Of a stretch of 64,000 bases of DNA, positions 21,238 through 30,761 are shown in pieces. The DNA lies in the IMG/VR virus record IMGVR_UViG_3300020204_000022, positions 8,555-72,554 of that record; one strand, given 5' to 3'. The notes under the pieces were generated by a model. The model was not told the origin of the DNA. It did no database searches and was given only the letters and a program-made list of their open reading frames with translations. The stretch is from a virus. Each line of letters begins with the position of its first letter. Within the stretch, counting starts at the first letter, position 1. Position numbers and translations under genes: made by a program.

Positions 21238-22302
21238 ATGGAACTCGCCAAAATAGAAAATCTAGTCGAAACTGTTCTCAGAAAATCCTTTCCTGGAGAT
21301 TCTGCCAGACAAAAAATTTACCTGGCCGGCAACAGAATCAATTTTTCTTGTCCTTACTGTGGAGACAGTTCAACGGGAAGGAAAAAGAGAGGAAACTTTT
21401 ATCTGACCACTTTGTGTTATAAGTGTTATAATGGGGGATGTGGTATTTTTAAAGATGGCTATGCTTTCTTTACAGATTTTGAAGTTCTGTCTGAGCTGAA
21501 TCCTGAAGATAGAAGAGAAATCCTTAAGATCGTCAAGGAAAGTAAAGAAAAAAGAAAAACACATTATGGGGATGTTGATATTTCAATGTTGTTTGAAATC
21601 GACTTCAAAAAATGTGTTATCCCCAGAAATGTTTTAATACAACGTTTGAATTTGGAAAATGTTGAGGGTTCTTCAATCGCCGGATATTTAAAAAGAAGAA
21701 ATCAAGTTCTTGACCACAGGTTCGCATGGGATCCGGCGGAGGAAAGACTTTTCCTTTTCAATTTGACCAAAGATGAAGAAATTTTAGGTCTTCAGGTCAG
21801 ATCCATGTCCAAATCAACCAGGGCTTCTAAATATTACACCTACAAGTTGAGCGGGATCTGGGAGAAAATGATGGGCGAGACCAACCCTGAATTTTTAATG
21901 GAATGTGGTAAGATAGATCCTATCTCCCATGTTTTTGGAATAGGTCGAATTTCATTCGATCGTACGATCACAATTTTTGAGGGCCCAATGGATTCTTGGT
22001 TCTGGGAAAATTCGGTTGGTCTTTGTTCGATAGAAAACAAATTTCCATTTGAATTTGAAGACATCAGATTTTGGTACGATTGGGATAAAGCAGGAAGAAC
22101 AAAATCTTTGGAAATGCTCACCAAAGGAAATTTGGTTTTCAACTGGAGAAAATTTTTAGAAGATCACAACCTACCCCTGGACAAAAAGTGGGATTTAAAC
22201 GATCTGGTGAATTATCTTCGTTTGAAGAAATTGAAGATCAGAAGATTTGAAGATTATTTCACAAAAGAAACTTTAGATCTAACATACTTCATGGAGGTTT
22301 AA
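21238..22302 (+). CDS. DNA primase, T4 gp61-like (Zn finger plus TOPRIM)
   Basis: CPYCGDSSTGRKKRGNFYL..CYKCYNGGCG; TOPRIM-like ITIFEGPMDSW...IRFWYDWDKAG. Confidence 0.75.
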   Translation: MELAKIENLVETVLRKSFPGDSARQKIYLAGNRINFSCPYCGDSSTGRKKRGNFYLTTLCYKCYNGGCGIFKDGYAFFTDFEVLSELNPEDRREILKIVKESKEKRKTHYGDVDISMLFEIDFKKCVIPRNVLIQRLNLENVEGSSIAGYLKRRNQVLDHRFAWDPAEERLFLFNLTKDEEILGLQVRSMSKSTRASKYYTYKLSGIWEKMMGETNPEFLMECGKIDPISHVFGIGRISFDRTITIFEGPMDSWFWENSVGLCSIENKFPFEFEDIRFWYDWDKAGRTKSLEMLTKGNLVFNWRKFLEDHNLPLDKKWDLNDLVNYLRLKKLKIRRFEDYFTKETLDLTYFMEV

Positions 22303-22304
22303 AC

Positions 22305-22514
22305 ATGTTCTTACACGATTATAATCCTGAGAAGCCACCAAAAAAACAAAATGGGCTGAAATTTCCTATCACCCTCCATGAGGTCGATGAACTACATTCT
22401 TTGAATGTGATCGAAGATCTAGCATCTTACGAAGAACCTAAATTGAAACAAAAGAAGTCGATCCCAGTAGATTTAAATAGAAAGAAAAAAAATAACAGAA
22501 ATCAATTATTCTAA
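22305..22514 (+). CDS. Small hypothetical protein
   Basis: 69 aa ORF tightly packed between primase and UvsY-like genes. Confidence 0.5.
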   Translation: MFLHDYNPEKPPKKQNGLKFPITLHEVDELHSLNVIEDLASYEEPKLKQKKSIPVDLNRKKKNNRNQLF

Positions 22515-22516
22515 AA

Positions 22517-22954
22517 GTGGCAGATACAGATTTTCACAAAGTTTTCGAATCGGAAAGAGCCGAATGGAGAGAAAAAATCCAGGTTATTTCTTTAAGTTTG
22601 AAGAACATCAGAACTGTGGCAGAGGCACAAATCGAACTTTTTAGCACCAGACAAATTTTGATCGAGTACAGCTTCAAACTGGCATCGATCATTTCCAAGC
22701 TTTCATCAAGAGAAAGACAAGAAAGGGCAAAAAAGTTGAAGGAATACCAGGAAAACAAAGATATCAGGTATGGTAGCAATGAAACCAAAACTCTAATCGA
22801 AGGAGATCTTGCCGAGATAACACAAAAAATAGAACTCGTAGAAGGACACCGTAAATTCATGGATCAGACTGTTCAAACTGTTGACCACATGCTATATGGG
22901 ATAAAACAAAGAGTTTCTTTGGAAGAATATCTGAGAGGAAGCACAATAAAATAA
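22517..22954 (+). CDS. UvsY-like recombination mediator
   Basis: 145 aa helical protein, YGSNETKTLIEGD resembling the T4 UvsY SEMKTVLSADKD region; directly precedes the UvsW-like gene. Confidence 0.6.
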   Translation: MADTDFHKVFESERAEWREKIQVISLSLKNIRTVAEAQIELFSTRQILIEYSFKLASIISKLSSRERQERAKKLKEYQENKDIRYGSNETKTLIEGDLAEITQKIELVEGHRKFMDQTVQTVDHMLYGIKQRVSLEEYLRGSTIK

Positions 22955-22966
22955 TTTCACCTGAGC

Positions 22967-24490
22967 ATGTTGAAGTTTACAGTTTCCGAAGATCGCCAGT
23001 GGCTCATCATGAGCAATCTTGTCACGGAAGTAGAAAAAAGACAAATTGAGATTTCTCTAACAAGAAAAGTTCACAATTGGTTTTTCCATCCTCTGGTCAA
23101 GAAAAAAATCTGGGATGGAAACATTTGTTTTGTAGAAAAAAAAGGTTTGGTTTGGAGAGTTCCGATAGGTCTATGGATGGAGATCTTTAACATAGGAAAA
23201 GAATTCGGATATGAAGTTCAGATAGAAGGCCTGGATTCATTGCTACTTTCAGATCTGACTTTGGAGGAATTCCAAAATTGGGTGAACGAATTTTTTGAAA
23301 ACAAAGAAATAAAACCAAGGGACTATCAGATTGAGGCCGCCTGGAAGATCGTCAAATATCGTTATTCGGTTTCTGAGATAGCAACTTCATCTGGTAAAAC
23401 ACTCATTGCCTTCATGATTTTGACTTTTCTAAAATCTAGGAATTTGATTCGAAAATTCCTGATGGTGGTTCCCAGCACCAATCTTGTTTTTCAAGGAAAC
23501 GACGACTTTTTGGATTATGGGATCGGGGAACTTGGAGTAAAGATACAACAGATAGGTGGGGGTAGCAAGATAAGAGAAGGCTGTGACATTATCATCGGAA
23601 CATTTCAGTCTTTGGTGAAACAAGAACAAGATTTCTTTGAGGGCATAGACGCCGTTTTTGTGGATGAGGCCCATCACACTAATTCTATGTCCATCAAGAA
23701 AATCATGTCGAAATGTATGGGGACCGGGTGGCGTTTTGGACTAACCGGGACTCTTACCAAGAGGGGAACGGCAGACCATCTTACGATCCAGCAATTTTTA
23801 GGTCCGGTCATTGTGGAGATATCCCCCGACTTTTTGTTCCAAAACAAACACGCTACTCCGGTGGCAATCAAAGTTGTGATGCTCGACTGGTTAGATTCTG
23901 AAATCAAGGACAAACTAGCCCAGCTTAAATTCACCTCCCAAAATTTAGAAGGAACAGAAATTTACAACATTGAAAGAAAGATGGTGGTGGAAAGCGAAAA
24001 GAGACTTGCCTACATCGTGGATTTTGTGGCCAAAACTTCTAAAAATTCTTTGGTTCTTTTTCAATCCGTTAAGGACGAATATGGAAAACAAATTTGGAAT
24101 CGTCTGAGAGAACTAGATTCCTCGAAAGAGGTTTTCTATGTGGACGGCGACACGGATGAAAAATTGAGGGAAGAGTACAAATCCAGAATGGGGGATGGAG
24201 AAAATAAAATCCTTGTTGCCACTTTCGGAACCTTTGCCACCGGTATTTCCATCAATAACCTTCACAACATTTTTCTGGTAGAATCCTACAAGAGCGAGAT
24301 TCTGATCAAGCAAAGTCTCGGCAGAGGTATGAGGTTGATGGAGGGAAAGGAGAAGGTGAATGTCATCGATTTTGTGGATGATTTTTCCTCCCCAAAATAC
24401 ACAAATTATTTAATGAAACACGGGCAGGCAAGAATTGAAATTTACAAAAACGAAAAATTCAAGTACCAAATTTTCAAGGTAAAGCTGTAA
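22967..24490 (+). CDS. uvsW: Superfamily 2 helicase, UvsW-like
   Basis: RDYQIEAAWK, ATSSGKTLIAF, VFVDEAHH, FGLTGTL, SLGRGMRL helicase motifs. Confidence 0.85.
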   Translation: MLKFTVSEDRQWLIMSNLVTEVEKRQIEISLTRKVHNWFFHPLVKKKIWDGNICFVEKKGLVWRVPIGLWMEIFNIGKEFGYEVQIEGLDSLLLSDLTLEEFQNWVNEFFENKEIKPRDYQIEAAWKIVKYRYSVSEIATSSGKTLIAFMILTFLKSRNLIRKFLMVVPSTNLVFQGNDDFLDYGIGELGVKIQQIGGGSKIREGCDIIIGTFQSLVKQEQDFFEGIDAVFVDEAHHTNSMSIKKIMSKCMGTGWRFGLTGTLTKRGTADHLTIQQFLGPVIVEISPDFLFQNKHATPVAIKVVMLDWLDSEIKDKLAQLKFTSQNLEGTEIYNIERKMVVESEKRLAYIVDFVAKTSKNSLVLFQSVKDEYGKQIWNRLRELDSSKEVFYVDGDTDEKLREEYKSRMGDGENKILVATFGTFATGISINNLHNIFLVESYKSEILIKQSLGRGMRLMEGKEKVNVIDFVDDFSSPKYTNYLMKHGQARIEIYKNEKFKYQIFKVKL

Positions 24491-24499
24491 TCGAAAGAA

Positions 24500-24507
24500 G
24501 ATATATA
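24500..24507 (+). promoter_or_regulatory. Late-promoter-like GATATATA box
   Basis: 26 nt upstream of ATG 24526. Confidence 0.5.
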
Positions 24508-24525
24508 GGTAAAATTAAATTTGGT

Positions 24526-25008
24526 ATGCCTCCATTACTTAAATTCGATGAATTCAATTTCATAAACGAAAATTCAACCCGGAAAAAATGGGAAGATTTG
24601 GAAGCTAGAATTAGAGCCAAAGTTCCCGAAATAGGTGGGGAAACTTGGAGAGGATCCTCGAGCTGGACGGATGCCAGTATAGACAACCCGGAAGGAGCTC
24701 TAGGAAGAATTTTGGGTGGTATTGGAATTGGTCTCTCAAAGGCTGGCAAAGCAATTTTTGGTGCCATTGGAGATAAATTTAATTCGGGTTCAAAAGGCGA
24801 AGAGGAAGCTTTCAGCCGGTGGGGTGAAAATATCCAGTCCAGCGGTAAGAACAAACAAAAAGATTATGAAGATTTTTACACCAAATCCATTTACTCCGGC
24901 AAAGAAACTTTCGGTCCTGATTTTGATGTTGAAAAACCCAGAACCAGAGAACAGAGAAAATACCGAGATTATCTTAGAAGATCAAGATCATATTTTGACA
25001 TAGACTAA
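24526..25008 (+). CDS. Hypothetical protein with capsid-targeting-like leader MPPLLKFDEFNFINE|NS
   Basis: 160 aa; Gly-rich central stretch; leader motif. Confidence 0.65.
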   Translation: MPPLLKFDEFNFINENSTRKKWEDLEARIRAKVPEIGGETWRGSSSWTDASIDNPEGALGRILGGIGIGLSKAGKAIFGAIGDKFNSGSKGEEEAFSRWGENIQSSGKNKQKDYEDFYTKSIYSGKETFGPDFDVEKPRTREQRKYRDYLRRSRSYFDID

Positions 25009-25947
25009 ATGATTGCTAATTTTAACCAATTTATGAGATTAAACGAAGGCGGATCTGCCATCAAATCCTCACGTAGAATTCGAGAGGACGAAGCACAGTC
25101 CACACTGGACCACATCGAATCAACTTTATTTCCCCTTTTAGGTGGTGGTAATTTCGATGAAGATTTTTTGCTCATCGGAAGTATTGGAAAAAAGAAAAAT
25201 CCGGAAGATGACTCGGGAGACGTTGATTTAGGTATTTCAAAGGAATTTCTTGTGGATCAAATGGGTTCTACACCCGAAAATGTTCTGGTAGATTTGGAAC
25301 AATATTTGAAATCAGAATTACCAGAATTTCTTGGATTTGAACCCGAAATGAAGTTAATGAAGGGATTGGGTGTACTTTCTATCGGATGGCCTATTGGAGG
25401 AGAGCCTGAAAGAGGTATTGTTCAGCTCGACCTTATTCCTCTATCCGATATGGATTGGGCAAGGTTTATTTATTACTCTCCAGACTATCGTCTGGACGAA
25501 TCTGTTTACAAATCTGCCCATAGAAATTGGCTATTTCAGGCCATTCTTTCCTCTTTGAAAGAGGTAGAAAGTGTGGACGATGATGGAAATATCATGGATT
25601 ACGAAGGTTATGTTTTGAGATTAAGCGAAGGAATTTTCAAATCAAAAAAATCATATCGTGGAATCAAAAAACCCAGACTTTCCCGGCCACAAACCATAGA
25701 AGGAACAGCCCAATTTATTACCAACGATCCAAAAGAGGCAGTAGAACTTATGTTTGGGCCAGGAATTAGACCCGATCAAGTAAAAACATTCGAAGATGCC
25801 TGGTCCCAAGTTACTTCTCTCAATTATGTTTATAACGATAGATTTCCAGAAATCATGGAAGACTTTGTCAGATATCTAGAAAATGCTAAATTACCAATTC
25901 CCTCCGAGGTACAGGCAAAACAAAATTTGGTGCCAGATGATGTTTGA
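25009..25947 (+). CDS. Pol-beta-like nucleotidyltransferase with capsid-targeting-like leader MIANFNQFMRLNE|GG
   Basis: LLIGSIGKKKNPEDDSGDVDLGIS plus VQLDLIP, the NTase GS..DxD..D pattern. Confidence 0.65.
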   Translation: MIANFNQFMRLNEGGSAIKSSRRIREDEAQSTLDHIESTLFPLLGGGNFDEDFLLIGSIGKKKNPEDDSGDVDLGISKEFLVDQMGSTPENVLVDLEQYLKSELPEFLGFEPEMKLMKGLGVLSIGWPIGGEPERGIVQLDLIPLSDMDWARFIYYSPDYRLDESVYKSAHRNWLFQAILSSLKEVESVDDDGNIMDYEGYVLRLSEGIFKSKKSYRGIKKPRLSRPQTIEGTAQFITNDPKEAVELMFGPGIRPDQVKTFEDAWSQVTSLNYVYNDRFPEIMEDFVRYLENAKLPIPSEVQAKQNLVPDDV

Positions 25948-26365
25948 TCCTTTGTACACGGCCTTGGATTTTTTCCTTGATGGCGATTCCCCCCAGGCGG
26001 TCGTCAGAGATGGAAAGTTGGTGCTGTTCAAAACAGAAAACGGTTCTTCTGGTTTAATTATCAAAACAAAACACGGGGACAGAAAAATCGTGTTGAACAA
26101 CGAGGTAATTTACACTTTGGAAAAAAAGGTCTTCGAATTGATTGATTTCGAAAATTTTGATCCTCCAGGAATTCAGATTTACCTTCCTAAACTTATTTTG
26201 GCTTGGAATTCTCCTTTACAGTTAAAATCAAAGATCTTTGTTAGAAAAATTATCGAAGGAATTAGTCAGGTTATTCATTTGGATCTGGTTGAAGATTTAA
26301 ACAAAGAAATGGAAAAGGCGTTTGGGATATTTACATTTGTAAAGGATCTCCCATTAAATAAATAA
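25939..26365 (+). CDS. Hypothetical protein
   Basis: Listed ORF 25883..26365; MMFDPLYTALDFFLDGD is a probable internal start, overlapping the upstream stop by a few bases. Confidence 0.5.
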
Positions 26366-26368
26366 ATT

Positions 26369-28282
26369 ATGGCAGGAATTAATCACCTATATGATATGTA
26401 CAATAAGAAAGGAGCGGAGTTTACTCAATCTCTCTTTTCTCAATTTGTTACCATCAACGAAAAGATGGATGGGTCTGCCTTTTGTTTTGAAAGAGATCTG
26501 GACACTGGAAAATTTAATTTTTATCGTAGAGATCAAAGAAATCCCATAACATTGGTCGACAGGACGTTGATGAAGTATTATGAAAAACCAATCCAGTACA
26601 TCGAATCCTTGCCTCCTGATATTTTAGAGAAAATTCCAAGAGGATGGAGATTCGGTTTTGAATATTTTGCCAACACAAGTCCGGTTGAAATTGTTTACGA
26701 TAGAATTCCCAAGAATCACCTCATTCTTTCTTTTGTCCACAAAATGGATTTACACGGAAAGATTGCCAAAACAATTCAACAAAAAGACAAGTTGGATACC
26801 TGGGCAGATCTTCTCGGAGTGGAAAGAAGTCCAATCATTTTCCAAGGATATCTGAATGAAACACAAAAAGAGCAGCTGACCGAATTTTTGGCAACCCCAT
26901 TTCCACAGTTGGTTTCCCGTTTTCAAACACAGAGTTTTGTTAGATTCATCATTTCTGTTTTGAATCCAAAATTGAAATCATCCGCCCTGAACGATGATTT
27001 AGATAAAGACGTCGAAGGAGTGGTATTCAGATTTGGAGAACCAAACTCGGAGAACGAAACTGTGCTGGCCAAAATGGTAGATCCACTGTTCACCGATTTA
27101 GCCAAAACTAAATATCAAGAAAAGAAGGATAAAAAGCCTTCTGATTTTCTTGGGATCACACTTTTGGACGTCATGAATTTTATCCTTCAACAAGGTGTAG
27201 ATTCTTTCGAGGTTGAAGGTCAGGGGGAAGACGAAAGATATATTTCTTTCATTTCTGATGTTTTTGCTAAATTTTTGGATGAAAATTCCGATAAATATAA
27301 AGGGACAGACTTTGAAGAACCTGATTATTTGAAGAAGCCCGAGTTCAGGTTGAATCGGGATTTAATCAGGGATCGTAGGGTTGCTAAATTTGTCGAAGAA
27401 GACGAGGCATACGAGTCACTGTACAAGCTGATGTTAAATTCATTCAGAAAACTTAAAACCCGTGCTTCTGGCATTGTTACCTCTGGAACTCTGGCCCAGC
27501 TAAATTTGCTAATTCAAGAAATTAAAGATCATATCGAACGTCCTAAAAAAGCAGTCAACGAATCAGAATTTGTTAGTTTTTTGGATTTTCAAAAGGATTC
27601 AAAGCCCAATGTCCAATATGTGTTGGAAGAAAGCGAGGATTCAGAGAAGAACGAGAATCCTTTACTTTCATTCGATGATTTCATTTCAAAATTAGAAAGC
27701 ATCGACCAACACTCAAATAAAGGAGAAGAGCCGTTGGTTGAGAAGGAAGAAGACAAAAAGATCAACGTTATTGTGGGTCGTTTTCAGCCTTTCCATTTGG
27801 GTCATCTGAATATGGCTAAAAAATTACACGAGAAAAATAAATTACCTTCTTTTGTGATCGTTGTTTATCCGGGACACAATAAGAGCGGAAAATCCCCATT
27901 TGGCGAGCAAACAATAAATCAGTACATGGATGCTGTGGTGAAAGAACATGGTGATGTGTTAAAAGACTACATGATTGTTCCAAGGGGTTTGTTGGGATCT
28001 GCGGTGAATAAATTGGTTGAGATGGGATTTGAACCTCATCTTGTTGGTGCAGGTGAAGATCGACAGGACGATTATGCCAAACAGATGGAATACATCAAAA
28101 AAACAGAGTTGTTTGATAAATTACCGGAAGGATTCAAATTGGTTGAAACACCAAGAAGCACATCTGCCACAGAGGTGAGATCTAAATTGGAAGAAGAAGA
28201 TTATTCCTCATTGAAAAAGATGCTTCCAAAATCGGTTCTCAATTTATATTCGGGTTTGGTCTCAGAGCTGAAAAAAAAATAG
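26369..28282 (+). CDS. Bifunctional fusion: ATP-dependent nucleic-acid-ligase-like domain plus NMN adenylyltransferase-like domain
   Basis: Ligase motifs INEKMDGSAF (KxDG), FGFEYF, VEGVVFRFG, LAKMVDP; C-terminal VIVGRFQPFHLGH...STSATEVRSKL. Confidence 0.8.
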   Translation: MAGINHLYDMYNKKGAEFTQSLFSQFVTINEKMDGSAFCFERDLDTGKFNFYRRDQRNPITLVDRTLMKYYEKPIQYIESLPPDILEKIPRGWRFGFEYFANTSPVEIVYDRIPKNHLILSFVHKMDLHGKIAKTIQQKDKLDTWADLLGVERSPIIFQGYLNETQKEQLTEFLATPFPQLVSRFQTQSFVRFIISVLNPKLKSSALNDDLDKDVEGVVFRFGEPNSENETVLAKMVDPLFTDLAKTKYQEKKDKKPSDFLGITLLDVMNFILQQGVDSFEVEGQGEDERYISFISDVFAKFLDENSDKYKGTDFEEPDYLKKPEFRLNRDLIRDRRVAKFVEEDEAYESLYKLMLNSFRKLKTRASGIVTSGTLAQLNLLIQEIKDHIERPKKAVNESEFVSFLDFQKDSKPNVQYVLEESEDSEKNENPLLSFDDFISKLESIDQHSNKGEEPLVEKEEDKKINVIVGRFQPFHLGHLNMAKKLHEKNKLPSFVIVVYPGHNKSGKSPFGEQTINQYMDAVVKEHGDVLKDYMIVPRGLLGSAVNKLVEMGFEPHLVGAGEDRQDDYAKQMEYIKKTELFDKLPEGFKLVETPRSTSATEVRSKLEEEDYSSLKKMLPKSVLNLYSGLVSELKKK

Positions 28283-28289
28283 ATATATA
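28282..28289 (+). promoter_or_regulatory. Late-promoter-like GATATATA box
   Basis: 25 nt upstream of GTG 28307; overlaps the TAG stop of the ligase fusion gene. Confidence 0.5.
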
Positions 28290-28306
28290 CACAAAAAAGA
28301 TCCACT

Positions 28307-28840
28307 GTGAAAAATTTATTCAATTATACAGATTTTCTATCCAAAAATTTGAACGAGGCCGATGGCTTTGGAACTATGCCCTTCTTGCTTAAAAAAGAAG
28401 GTGATGTTTATTACTATTTTTTCCAATTGGAAAGAGAAAAAGAAGACCCAGAGGGATTTTGTCTTATGATTGGTAAGTATTCACAATACGAGTCGATGGA
28501 TGGACCTAAAAATTCATATGCTGTTTTGAATATCAACAAAATTGGAACAGAAGTTATTGAAGACATAGCCATCAACAAGGGAAGCTTGCCAGAAAAAAAC
28601 AAAGTTTCTTTCAAATTATCCGGGGGTGAACTCTCAAGATTATTCGAACAAATTGGAAAGTGTATTTCCAGCTACCTGGAGAAAAATCCAAAAATCATCA
28701 GAATGGTTGACGAAATGAATTTTAACTTGGATATCAAGAACTATGGAGCATATTCTAAATCTCTGCTTTCTTTTGCTTTAGGAGAAGATTGGCACATGCA
28801 AGATGGATCGTCAAAAAAGATTTACCTTTGGAATCGATAA
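28307..28840 (+). CDS. Hypothetical protein with capsid-targeting-like leader MKNLFNYTDFLSKNLNE|AD (GTG start)
   Basis: 177 aa ORF and leader motif. Confidence 0.65.
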   Translation: MKNLFNYTDFLSKNLNEADGFGTMPFLLKKEGDVYYYFFQLEREKEDPEGFCLMIGKYSQYESMDGPKNSYAVLNINKIGTEVIEDIAINKGSLPEKNKVSFKLSGGELSRLFEQIGKCISSYLEKNPKIIRMVDEMNFNLDIKNYGAYSKSLLSFALGEDWHMQDGSSKKIYLWNR

Positions 28841-28917
28841 AAAAATCGAACTTATGCATCCAAAAATGGGAACTTTTTAGAATTTTTGATCTAAAATAAA
28901 ACAAAAAACCAATTATC

Positions 28918-29094
28918 ATGCAAACATTTGAAGCAATCAAATCTTTGGTAGAAACAGTTGAAACTGATTATGTGAAATTTTCAGTTAAAGGCAATATGTC
29001 TGCTGGCACCCGTGTTAGACAGTCTTTGCAAGAACTGAAAAAACTGGCTCAGCAACTTAGGCTTGAAATCCAAGAGGAAAAAAACAAAGCGTAA
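28918..29094 (+). CDS. Histone H1-like small basic protein, Bacteroidetes type
   Basis: 58 aa, absent from the supplied ORF track: MQTFEAIKSLVETVETDYVKFSVKGNMSAGTRVRQSLQELKKLAQQLRLEIQEEKNKA; followed by a strong terminator. Confidence 0.75.
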   Translation: MQTFEAIKSLVETVETDYVKFSVKGNMSAGTRVRQSLQELKKLAQQLRLEIQEEKNKA

Positions 29095-29112
29095 TTTCTT
29101 TCTACTAATTAT

Positions 29113-29141
29113 AAAGGCAACTTTAAGAGTTGCCTTTTTTT
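29113..29141 (+). terminator. Rho-independent terminator
   Basis: AAAGGCAACT-TTAAG-AGTTGCCTTT plus T run, perfect 10-bp stem. Confidence 0.93.
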
Positions 29142-29162
29142 GTGCTTTGTGATTTTATAAAA

Positions 29163-29170
29163 GATATATA
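29163..29170 (+). promoter_or_regulatory. Late-promoter-like GATATATA box
   Basis: Exact motif between the terminator and ORF 29244. Confidence 0.45.
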
Positions 29171-29243
29171 GATCGAAAGATTTGTATTTCTTGGAGAAAC
29201 AAAAATTAGAAGAAAAGTAAAAAAAACATCTAAATAAATTTTT

Positions 29244-29450
29244 ATGCCATACTACATCGCAAGAGTACAATTCGAATCTGGTGAAACCAAGAAAAATGGA
29301 GATCCTGTCATGTCCAAAGGAGAATTTTTGGTCGAGGCAGAATCCGTTCTGGAAGTTGAACACAAAGTTGCCCAACACCTCGAGGGTGTTTCCGGATTTT
29401 TTGAAACAATCCAAATTTCAAAATCCAAAGTCGAAGCAGTGATTTCGTGA
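29244..29450 (+). CDS. Small hypothetical protein, possibly DUF4494-like
   Basis: MPYYIARVQFESGETKKNGDPVMSKGEFLVEAESVLEVEHKVAQHL. Confidence 0.6.
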   Translation: MPYYIARVQFESGETKKNGDPVMSKGEFLVEAESVLEVEHKVAQHLEGVSGFFETIQISKSKVEAVIS

Positions 29451-29464
29451 AATAATTCAATGGA

Positions 29465-30064
29465 ATGAAAAGAAAGAACCCGTCTCTTACCTCAAGCTAC
29501 AAACCACCAAAATCTGCCAAGAAAATTCCTTCGGGAGATACGGGTTTCAAGATTGTGGATAAGGCTTTCAAACAAAGCAATGAGGCGGAGACGAGTTCTT
29601 ATATGCCACCACAATCCCCAATTGCTATCCAGCCCGGAGACAAGGGATTCGAAATTGTGGGAAAGGCATACAACAAGTGGCTTTGGACTTTTCCCGAGTG
29701 GAAAAAGAAATCTTCTAAAATCATCAATCCGAATGCCAATTGGGGATTGAATGCAAAGCCTATGACCCCGGCGGAGATGAAGAAGAAAATGAAAAACCTT
29801 TATCTAAAAGAGGAGGATACATCTAGAGAGATTCTCAAAGGTGGTCTTGGGGATAATCTCACAATTTTAGATTTAGCAAAAAAACACACCGGATCTCTTG
29901 ACCACGATTTATCTGGTGTTGTAGATTACCTAACCAGACAATTGGTCGATGGAGTTTTTGTTGAGATGGAACACACGGATTCCCCACAAAAAGCAAGAGA
30001 GATAGCAATGGATCACCTATTTGAAGATCCGAACTATTACATTAAATTAAAAAAAATCGAATAA
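29465..30064 (+). CDS. Hypothetical protein
   Basis: 199 aa; N-terminal internal repeat (GDTGFKIVDKAFKQS / GDKGFEIVGKAYNKW). Confidence 0.55.
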   Translation: MKRKNPSLTSSYKPPKSAKKIPSGDTGFKIVDKAFKQSNEAETSSYMPPQSPIAIQPGDKGFEIVGKAYNKWLWTFPEWKKKSSKIINPNANWGLNAKPMTPAEMKKKMKNLYLKEEDTSREILKGGLGDNLTILDLAKKHTGSLDHDLSGVVDYLTRQLVDGVFVEMEHTDSPQKAREIAMDHLFEDPNYYIKLKKIE

Positions 30065-30068
30065 TAAA

Positions 30069-30761
30069 ATGCCAGCAGTTTCAAAAGCACAACAAGCAAT
30101 AATGGGCCAGGCCTGGGCCTTAAGATCTGGATCTCTCAAATTGAAAGATATAGATTCAAGATATAGGAAGATAGTTAAGGATATAGCCGATGGAGAAATG
30201 TCGGATAGGGAACTTGAAAAGTTCGCCTCTACAAAAACAAAAAGACTTCCGCATTACGTGAAAGAAACTTTTGAATATGATGACTATGAAGCAGTGGATG
30301 AGGATTCAATCAAATCCAAAACTCAATATTACAAACCAGGTGAAAAAATTCGTGTTTTGAATGTTACTTACCCAGAATGGTATTCACCTGCCAAGGGGTT
30401 CGAGAACGTTAAAGTAGGAGATGTTCTTACCATTACAGACGTTGGACAAAATGTAGTTGGTCACGTTTATTTCACCGATTTTAACGATGACTATGGATTG
30501 AGTATCGAGGATATTGAAATGCTTACTGGTAAAGTTCAAGAATCTGAATCTTTATACGAAAAGGGAATCCCGGTAGCTGGGGCAACATCTCCTTTAATTG
30601 GTTCAAAGAAAATACCAACTTTCACACCCGGTCTCAATGTTGGTGGTGGGATCAAACCAATTACCCCACATTTGAACCCCGACGTGACCAAACCAAAGGG
30701 GAAAAAGAAAATGTCACATCTGGCAGACTATCGAGATTATATTGCCACCAAAAAATCTTAA
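30069..30761 (+). CDS. Hypothetical protein
   Basis: 230 aa ORF packed with neighbours. Confidence 0.55.
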   Translation: MPAVSKAQQAIMGQAWALRSGSLKLKDIDSRYRKIVKDIADGEMSDRELEKFASTKTKRLPHYVKETFEYDDYEAVDEDSIKSKTQYYKPGEKIRVLNVTYPEWYSPAKGFENVKVGDVLTITDVGQNVVGHVYFTDFNDDYGLSIEDIEMLTGKVQESESLYEKGIPVAGATSPLIGSKKIPTFTPGLNVGGGIKPITPHLNPDVTKPKGKKKMSHLADYRDYIATKKS

